A stretch of DNA of 64,000 bases from Octopus vulgaris. Taxonomy: Eukaryota. The notes under the pieces were generated by a model. The model searched no databases. It was not told where the DNA came from and was given only the letters and a program-made list of their open reading frames with translations. This document shows positions 53,965 through 64,000 of this stretch, one piece after another. The stretch is from NCBI GenBank assembly GCA_951406725.2, contig OX597830.1:30938001-31002000 (forward strand), read 5' to 3'. A program made the translations under genes and the position numbers. Position 1 is the stretch's first letter; each line of letters starts with the position of its first letter.

Positions 53965-54563
53965 GCCACTTGCACAGCTACCATCATTGCAATTAACATA
54001 GGGCTTCGGTACCCACCTAGATCGCCACTGCTATCAGCTCCAACCGCTAAACCTCTTCTGCTTTTCTATCTTGCCATCATCAGCTTCATTATCTTTAACC
54101 CCCATCCTCCAACCCATCCATCCACAATCCCAACAACTATCACTCTTGCTGCCATTACTACTACCACTACCACCACTACTACCAACAACACCGCCAACAA
54201 CAACAACAACATCATTTCTTCATAATAAATTAATTCTGTGACACAGAAAATTGCCCCAGACTGCTCAGCCAAATGCAGTTTCTTTGTTTTTTCTCTCAGT
54301 GTTATTTTGTGTGTGTCTGAGAACGCGTGCATGTGTAACTGTTCTGTTGTTTTGCATTGCAAAAAAAACAAAAAAACAAAAAACAAAGACAATTATTTTA
54401 TTTTTTTTTAAGGAGGTCCTCCCATTAAAAATGATAATCTGCCCTCCTCTCCTCAGCAGCCCACCGACCCACTCCATTCCGATCTGTTTCCATCTTCTCC
54501 CACTCATACAGCCTCCATTGCCACCCACACCTACCTACATACCTGCCTACACACACACACACA

Positions 54564-54599
<36 letters not shown>

Positions 54600-54889
54600 T
54601 TACAGTCAAAGAATAAAAAAAGGAAAAGTACTTTAATGAAGACAATAGCAATGATATAATAGCAGAGGTGGCAGTGGTAATTGTGGTGGTGACGGTGGTG
54701 GTGAGATATGAGTGGGAGTAAGAAGGCAGGAGCAGGGTTGGGAAAGGGGGAGTTCGGGCAGAAGAGGAGAGCAAGAGCCAGCAAACGTACATCCATACAA
54801 GTTGAAGATTAGAACAGTACTGGAGAGTTTATTGAAGTCCATGATAGGACCACCAGAGACCAGAGGCTGATGTGAGAGAGAAGGGAGCT

Positions 54890-54920
<31 letters not shown>

Positions 54921-56169
54921 CAGACAGAGAATGTGCTAGTGAAGGAGTGCATTCATTTACGCTCTACGATGAATCTGACTGCAAGCGTATGTATGTGTGT
55001 GTTGAAGCATAAACAGATTATTGTTACTATGTGCAATTGTGTGAAGGTGTCAATGCACATGTGCATGTGTGTGTGTGTGTGTGTGTAAGAGAGATAGTGA
55101 AATATTATAAAGTGTTCCTTATTTCAGTGTTCTTGATAGTTGAAAGAAAAAAATAATAATAATAATAACAATAAGCAAAGAAAGAAAGGAAGAGAGACAA
55201 AGATGTTTCCTTGACCTTCTTGCCACTAGTCATCATCATTATCATAAACACAACATTAACATCTAACCACTACTGAATATATATATATATATATATACAC
55301 ACTGCTGTGCAATTTGATTTCATTATTGTTATTAGATTTTGTTGTAGTTAGTGTTATTTGTTTTGTTTTCTCTCTATTACCTTTTGCTCGTTGCTTTAAT
55401 TTTTCTTACCTTTGTTTTAAAACCATCCTCCCCATCACTACCACTATAATCTTCATCATCATAATCATTCTCATCATACTTCTGCTATTATACCTTTGTT
55501 TCAAACATACCCTAGGCTATTGTTTACAGTAAAGAAAAAAAAAATCATAAATCCAGAAAGAAAAGAAAAAGAAAAACAAGAAAAAGAGTAGATGTTGAAA
55601 TTAGAACCTACAATTAGTACATAGGGTTCCCACGCCCATTATTATTTTCTTTCAATATTTCATTAAACAGGGTTAAAAAAAATCTCCTTTAAATATGCAT
55701 GTGTGTGTGTGTATGTGTGTTAGTGTATTTTGAAAACAAAACTTAACTTTGAATAGACAGACAAAAAAGCAAAACAATTTCGGAACTTGCACGAGAGTCT
55801 TTGATGAAATCGAGGAAGAATAGGGATGGTTTTTTGATACAACCTGAGGGATCAGGAGAAACCAGAACAAGAAAAAAAAAGTTTTCCAATCCAATGATTA
55901 TTAAAAGATAACAGAAGGGAGGCAGAGGAGGAGAGTTGTAGGAGCATGTTACAAGTAACAGATATAGTTTGCTTGCAGTCTGCATCTCGGTGATTTTTAA
56001 AAATTTCCCTATCTCACCTTACCACTTACTAAAATAGCACAATTAGCAAAGGAATATTAGGACCATATTTAAGAAACTAATGCGCATGCATATATATATA
56101 TATGTATGTATATATGCGCAATGAGGAATGTCATGGTCTACTACTACTATCAAGCCTAATTGAAATTAG

Positions 56170-56350
56170 TAGCGGAGGAAAATTCCTCTTTGAACAATGT
56201 CATACTTATATACCCTGAAGAGATTGTACTGATGATGCATAAATTGGTGAAAATAAATATGCAACAATATGCAGTTAATGCGACCGAAATGCATGTTGGA
56301 CAATTATTATGATGAATAAACTAAGTTTGAATGTTCAGATTCTTCCTCCT

Positions 56351-56355
<5 letters not shown>
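56170..56355 (+). mobile_element. Possible Penelope-like terminal-repeat fragment with a degenerate hammerhead motif
   Basis: CTGAAGA (56215-56221)..GAAA (56286-56289) tgcatGTT, AATAAA (56315-56320), then (TA)n. Confidence 0.4.
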
Positions 56356-56386
<31 letters not shown>

Positions 56387-58398
56387 AAGCATATAACAAT
56401 ATCTAATAGACCACCACCAGTTTATCATCTGAAGTGCAAAGGATTTTGTATCCTATAACTAGAAATGTGTTTGTAACTCTTAAGTTATTCAACAAAATGT
56501 GTGTCAATAACGGCCATAGGCAATAACAGGTTTGTGACAAAATCTGATACAAGAATGATGCCTTATAATCCAAATGACAAATAGGTAATCAACAGGAGTT
56601 TGTGACAGTATATTAGTGTATTCAGATTAGGATTTGGAGCTACAATTAAAATCATTTAACGGTGTATTTGTTGCGAGTCAGACATCTGATAAATAACAGG
56701 TGTAACAGAAGAATTTTATAAAAGTAGAAAAAGAATAGCACGTGTAATATGTAACTTAGTTTTATAGGTTTTTTTTTTCTTTCCTGAGTACATCAAAGAA
56801 ATTCAGCAAATGATTTTTTTTTCTGCTGTTCATTTCTTTATTTTTTTTTTTCAGTACATTATACACTCCAAATTTCTAAATCACATTTCCTTCTTAGAAA
56901 GCACCTAGCAAATGAAGCGTACAACCTCGTGTTATGAAGACAGTGACTGCATTAACTAGTGGAATATCACAGCAGGTGGCCGTTTCAAAAATACTTCATT
57001 TGAAGTAAGCAAACTTACTTCAGTGAAGATCTGCTTGATAAATTGACGGAATTGCAGCACCTACATTGAGAGGCTTTGCATATAAACCATAATTGTGTGC
57101 ATACATGCACATCTATCTAGCTATCTATCTTCGATGCCAACAGACACTAATCGACTCTCAATCTCTCCCTCCAGCATACACATCTTGGCAAAAGTTTATA
57201 AGTACATTATATACATATATCGATAGAAAGAAACATATATATATCTATATATATATATCAGTCTTTATCATACATATTCTATATGAATGCTCAAGTGTTA
57301 TGTGTGTGTGCGCATGCATCAATATCATATCACATTAAGGTACACTTGGTGACTTTTAATAATAGAATACACACACACATACAAATTACACAGAACACCC
57401 AACATTGGAAATATATTCAGAACATATGTCTTCACAATACTCAGTTTATATGTGCATATAATACTGCATCACATACATTTATGATTTCTACATATAGCTC
57501 TATACAATATCAGTAAGCTCTGTATGTGTATATTATGTGTTTATATATGTGTGCGTGTGCACGTGTGTTTTCTTACAGTATTTCATATATGTATATAATC
57601 ACAGGCCTTATGCCAAATGCAAGAAATCATTAGACATACGCATGGACCTGATCCTGTATGCAACTTAATTTTAATTCTCAGAGGTAACTATAAACTTTCA
57701 CCGACATAGCTAACATCATTTTGGAAATGAATGAATGCCTAAACCACAACCCATTACCGCTTCTTGTATCACAAGCTGGTTCTCAAGAAATGAAAGAGGA
57801 AAAAAAAAATTGCCAAGTTTATTATTGTCAACATTGTCAGTACCACCACCACCACCTTCTTCATCAATAATAATTGTTACATTAGTTCAAGTGACAAATA
57901 TAGGCATGTATACATCTTATGTATGTGTGTACACACACACACACACACGTATGGAGGAAGTGAGAGAGAGAGAGAGAGAGTGAGAGACTGCATGCAAAAA
58001 TTCTGCAAGATGCATTCTACCACTGCAGATGCTGGAGGATCATTCAAGACATCCAGATTATACCCAGATGGCAGCGTGTCTGGGAATGAACCATCTCACA
58101 CCAAACATGCCACAATGTACCAAGTGGCACTATGATGTCTGCTGCTTAATACAAAGGCACTTGAAAATAAGATTTGTATATCTTGAGAGAATACATTGAT
58201 TGACTGTTTGTTGATGTTGTTGTTTTTGTTATTTTTGTTAATGCTGATAGTTGATTTCTTTTCTTTCTTTCTTTTTTTTTACCCCATTACCTCCTTTTCT
58301 GTCTTTTATTTTCTGGTAATTATCATAAAAAATTCCTAAACATGATAAGGTTTCTCTTTTCACTCACACCACACACAGACAAATACATATACATACAA

Positions 58399-58449
<51 letters not shown>

Positions 58450-58637
58450 TATATACATACATACGAATGTGTGTGCATGTGTGTGTGTGTGTGTGTACAT
58501 TAAACAGATCACCCAGGGCTCCACCTGAGTCATACTTGCATGACAGAGGGCAAATATTTCTTAACTTGCTAAACCCCATTCCTGTTGATGGCCCTCCACC
58601 TTCCTGCCCCATCCACACACACACACTATCACCATGT

Positions 58638-58680
<43 letters not shown>

Positions 58681-60530
58681 CCATCCCCACCTCTCTCTCT
58701 GACACACACACACACACACACACACAATTAAAAAAAAAATGTTGGGGTGTAGGATGGATGGAAGCTCTGAACACATGAGCAGAAGCTGGCTTACTGCAAG
58801 CCATGGTGTGATTCCTTCAAGGAAATTTTGATATATTAATTTTCCACATGAGAAGAGATAAGCCAGCTAGACTTAGAGAACAAACCAACTGGGAATTGAA
58901 CTTAGGTTGTTGATATGCCAGACTGGAATGGAAATGGCATAGAAGTATGTAGGGAGAGGGAAAGAAAAAGAGAGAATGAAAGAGAGAACGAGAGAGGGGT
59001 ATTTAGAGACAGAGAAAAGTGAGATGTAGTAGCAATTCAGATAAATATACTTGATATATATGTATATATTTGTACATACATACATACATATAAGAGGTAG
59101 AAAGAGTGATAGACAGACAATGGTGGGGAAGTAAGTATATGAGCAAATTGAGGGAGGGAGCTTTGATGATAAAAGAAGAAGAAGAAAAAAAAGAAAAAGA
59201 AAAACAACAAAAAGGAATATGTTGAGGATGTTAGCAGCTGGCTGGGGTAATGGTCTCTTGGGGTGGGCTTGTTTCAGATGTGAAACCCTGTTATAAGAGA
59301 TTACAGAAAACACCAGAATGAAGTGAGGAGTAAATATTATAACATAAATATAAATGAATAAATAAGTAGCAAAAGCAAAAAAAAAAAAAGGAAGTTGAAG
59401 CAAAAGGTAACAGTGACAAGTCCATAGCTGTTGCTGTAGGTTTTAATTAATAAAAAAAAAAAAAAAACACCAAAGCTCTATAGAAGTATAATGCAGGCAT
59501 ATTTCTAGAGGTTTCTACAAATATTAAATATTTGATTTTGAAAAGTCATATTTTGGAACAAAATGATCATTGATTCCAACATTTTGTATGGATTTAGAAA
59601 GACGTGTGTGTGTGTGTTTGTGTTTGGCCTAAATCAGCAAAAAAGGTGCGAGGTGTTTGCTAGTTTTTGAGAAGAAATGTATTGTTTTTGAAACCAAATA
59701 CCATGCATAACAGCTACAGACTAAACATACAAACCAGGTACCCATGTGTATACATGCATACATTCATAGACACGCATATAGAGGCAAATAGATGCATAAA
59801 ACTATTTAATGCTCCATAGTATTTTTTGAGGCTGTTTGAACAATTTTGTAGATATTCTTTTCAAGTTGTGTTCCAAGTGACATCAGCAGGACAAACCTAC
59901 ACACACACACACACACACAAGCACATGTGTACATATACAGACACACACAAAGACACTTATACAGATTACCTGCCTACTTAGCACTCTGCCTCAGTGTCTA
60001 CCTAGCTCTGATTATTACAAGATCCAATCCCAGTTTTCAGTTCACAGTAGGACTAGCAGTAAAGTTCTAAGACAGAACTGAAAGCCAGACATCCTAAAAG
60101 ACATGGAAGCAATATAGCAGAGCCTGTGTATATCTTAACATATAAACACTTGGTTGGCCTCCATTCTTTCTGTTCTTCCATGCCATCCCATAACACACAT
60201 GGCTTTACAGTTAATGTCTGGAGAGCAAGTGGGACCAACACTAATTTTCCTGACCCCTACCTCATGATTTCTGTCTGATCTGACATGGAGGAAAAAAAGC
60301 AGATGCTAGAGCAATAGTCATGGTGATGATGATGATGATGATGATGACGACGATTTTTTTTCATAAATCATGAACCCAAAAATGCCATAACTTTGCAAGG
60401 AAGGGGTGTGTCTCAAAGTAAAACAAAGGGAAAGAATGAAAGAAAGAAAACGTATGACAGTGAGATAGAAAAAAAAAACTGAAAGAAACTTAGAAATAAT
60501 GTAAAAGAAAGGTAAAATGTAACAAAGAAA

Positions 60531-60576
<46 letters not shown>

Positions 60577-62734
60577 GAGAGAGGGAGAGGTATAGAAAGG
60601 TAGAAATATAAACAAAAAAAGAGATGTGACATTGCAAATTAGCAGCAGCAAAGGAAGATGGTGAGACAGTAACTATGGCAATAGAAGTAATTATAACAAT
60701 GGACATCATTTAATAACATGGACGAAGCAGCCACACTCACATACACTTAACATGTAGTACACATGTTATACACTTTTATAAGTAAACAAAGACGGCCACA
60801 TATACATACATAACATATGTACATATATATAACTTTGTGCATAGTTGCATTAACCAATGTTTGATTGATAAATATCATCATTTACAGAGTGTAAAGGATA
60901 ATTCATTTGTGAACACACACACACACACACACACACACAATGAATCCCCATACACAAGTGTTCTGAGGAGGACAAAGAAAAGACCACTCCACCAAAAGTG
61001 AGAAACACCAGATTGTTAGTCAGTGCTGCAGTCAGCGTTCCATTATTTAAAGGTTCTGTGCAACACAGAGAGTCAAAGACAGACAAGACAAGAGCAGATA
61101 ACACATCTGGAACATGAAAACAGTAATTGTGGAAGGAGCAGCAGTGGTATAATTTATTGATGCCGGCAAAAGTGCTGGTAGTCTTGCTAGTGTTAGTAGT
61201 GATACTGATAGTCTTGGTTTTCATATCATAGTTAGTGACACGCTGGCTATGCTAGCGTTTGTGATACCAAGAGTTAGAGGAGAGTTGCTTGTTGGTTAAG
61301 TTGGTGGCAAGTGCTGTGAGGGTTAGTATTAATGAAACAACTAAAAACAACAGCAGCCACAGCAGAAACTGCCTATCATCATCGGCACCGGTACCAACAT
61401 GGACATCACCGACTTCTCCTACACCGATCCTCTGTGGCAGGTCTGCTGTCTCCTTGGTTGAGATTCTCCAGAATGATTCAATAAACAGACAGACTGGACT
61501 GGACAAACACAAACTGCAAGAGTGGATGAAGTGTGGAGTGTGGGTGGAACGGGTTGCCTGTTTGGGTGGAGGAAGGACAGGAAGAGTCAATTATTTTCTT
61601 TTTTTCTTTTTTCTTTTTTTTTTTAAGGGGGACTACTGGATGTTGATGGGGTTGGGCAGTTTGGCAGAAGAATTAAAGAAAAGGAAATAAGGAACTGCTG
61701 CAAAAAGGGAGGAAAAAGAAAGAAAGGAGTGTAAAGAGATAAAGAGTATAGAGAAAAAGTGAGAGACACTGACTGGAAAAGAATAAAAAGATAAAAAATT
61801 AGAGAGAGAGAGAGAGAGAGAGGGGGGAGGGGAGAAAGAGGTAGATAGGGAAATAGTGAAAAGAAGAAAAAGGAAGAGAGAGTGGAGTGAGAGAAAGCAC
61901 TGAGTCATACTCAGATTTTGCATATTGAGACAGATGAACAAGACCACACACACACACACACACACACAGACAGAGGAAGTATCTGCAGAATCTGGACATA
62001 CATGGTCTCTCTGTGCTATGCACATATATACATAATGCATATATGTTTTCCATCATATTTTATTGGTAGGGATATTTTTTTGTTGCAAATTCAAACACTT
62101 GGGAAAATTCTATAATATTTCTACTAGCCACACCTGTTCTTAGCAAGCTTCTAAAAGTGGCCACAACCATCACACACTGGCTTTTAAAAATATGAAGCAG
62201 GAATAGAGATAAAAAAATAAATTGTTAAAATTTTAAGGAATCAATACTGTCCTTACCAACATGGAAATCTTGTATTATAAACCTAGTGCTACAAAATGTT
62301 TTATAAAGGCACCTTGAAATATGTTTCAAAACCGCAGGTAAGAACTTTACTTTAAGCCACTGACTGAATTCATTAAACAAGCCACACAACCCACCCAGGT
62401 ACTGACCTATTTTCAACCTTAATTTGCCACTACTTCCAGCAAAACAACAAACCAGAATAACAAAAAAATAATAATAAATAAATTGAAACAAGAGAAAATT
62501 AGACTTGTCCCTGCTTCTCAACAATGAGCAAGATGATGATGATGATGATGATGAATGGTGGAAATGAAATCCCTGCCCACTACCTCAAAACCAAAACAAT
62601 GAATGAATGGAGAAGAAAAAGGAGAGGAGGAAATGAAGCTGGGAGTTAAAGTAAGCTTAGTAAATATAATATAAAAAAAAAAGCAATTAAAATGTCTCAA
62701 ATTCTTTATTACCTGCACCATTCATATACAGAAA

Positions 62735-62805
<71 letters not shown>

Positions 62806-64000
62806 CACACACACATATATATATAGACATACATATATACACAATGCTCAGGTCAAATGGGTACCTGCAATAAATACTGAAATCCTTAATTCTACCCATC
62901 TACCCATCACCTAACACCTTTACACCCTTTGCAACACAACACAACATTGCTATATATACATAGTAGTTTTATGTTTGTTTCCTGTAGTTTTGCTTGGTTC
63001 GTTGTTTGTTGCTTTTTACTTTTTACAAGATATTTTTTACTGAATGTATATGAAACAGTTTTTCACATGTATATGACAGTTTGTGTATGGAGGAGAAAAA
63101 CAAGACAGAGGCAGACAGACAAACGGACAGACACATGAAGGACAGGTGAAACCCTTCTTTTCAAACATCATTGGTTTTGTTCTATCTTTATTGAGAAGTG
63201 AAAAAAGAAAAAAAGATAAGCAACAACTTTACAAAAAAAAGAACAACAAAATGAAATGAAGAAGAGGACTAAAAAAAAAATAATAAATAACATAAGAAAA
63301 GAAGGCAGAACGGCAATTTACACCTGAAATCTTTTGTATTGAATTTCATAGGATGCAATTAAAAACAGCACAGCACACATAATGTGTAAGGATTTGTGTA
63401 TATGTGAATCTATCCTTTTATAAAGGGAGGAGATTTACTGCTCTATCAACTGACCAACACAGACAGACACATATTCCACAAAGTACACACAGCTATACAA
63501 CTCTGACCCCTAAGCACAATCTGCTCCCAACAACACAACATGAAATAAAATAAAAGTGAAGCCAAGAAAAACAAAATGTCTATAAAGCCACACATCCCTC
63601 TGCCAACAGGCAGCAAAGACACAAAGCGCCAGGGACAAAGGTGAGGCGTATTGTTCTCTTAAATCCATAAAAAGAAAAACCAAGTAAAACAGACTTTCAT
63701 CATAGGTATTTTGATCAGAGGCTCCTACAGTGGTCTCACAACAAAGGTTAAAGGGTTAGGTAAGGTCTGGAAGAGGGAGATAAGATGGAAGATGGGTCAC
63801 AGGAGGCCCTCTTGTGTGTATGAGGCAGCCTTTCATTTCTCTTATCTCCAACCCAGCACTGTTTTACATTTGTTTATTCATTATTTCCTTTGCAAATTTA
63901 TTATTATTTTTTTTTCCTTGTTTCTCACCTAGGAGGCAGGTTAACAGTGGAAAACAAGATGATAGACAGGTGAGTGAGAAAGAAGACAAACAGACAGACA

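Noticed and set aside
60850-61690. 100-135 aa ORFs as upstream ZFHX exons
   Set aside because: No zinc-finger or other conserved motif and no convincing splice-site pair.
1-64000. CRISPR array, operon or prokaryotic defence system
   Set aside because: No repeat-spacer array; the DNA is intron-containing eukaryotic sequence.

Overview
Eukaryotic, AT-rich and microsatellite-dense animal DNA; the SINE families and repeat style suggest a coleoid cephalopod, probably Octopus (inference). The main feature is the 3' part of a minus-strand zinc-finger homeobox gene of the ZFHX3/ZFHX4/zfh2 family. Four coding exons (37169-36297, 27741-21220, 19882-19718, 18575-17884) join through phase-1 GT-AG introns into about 2750 codons with 4 homeodomains and about 17 zinc fingers. 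The 5' exons were not found and probably lie beyond position 64000. A probable 3' UTR of about 5.4 kb runs to about 12.5 kb. Positions 1-12.4 kb are TE-dense, with a stack of four R4/Dong non-LTR fragments linked by (TAA)n tails, a decayed hAT (Buster/Charlie) transposase, and several tRNA-derived SINE families, including a dimeric SINE with a 15-bp target-site duplication. No CRISPR array, rRNA or intact tRNA gene was seen. I found no convincing wholly new biological system; the best leads are TE biology and possible regulatory or alternative-exon elements in the ZFHX introns.
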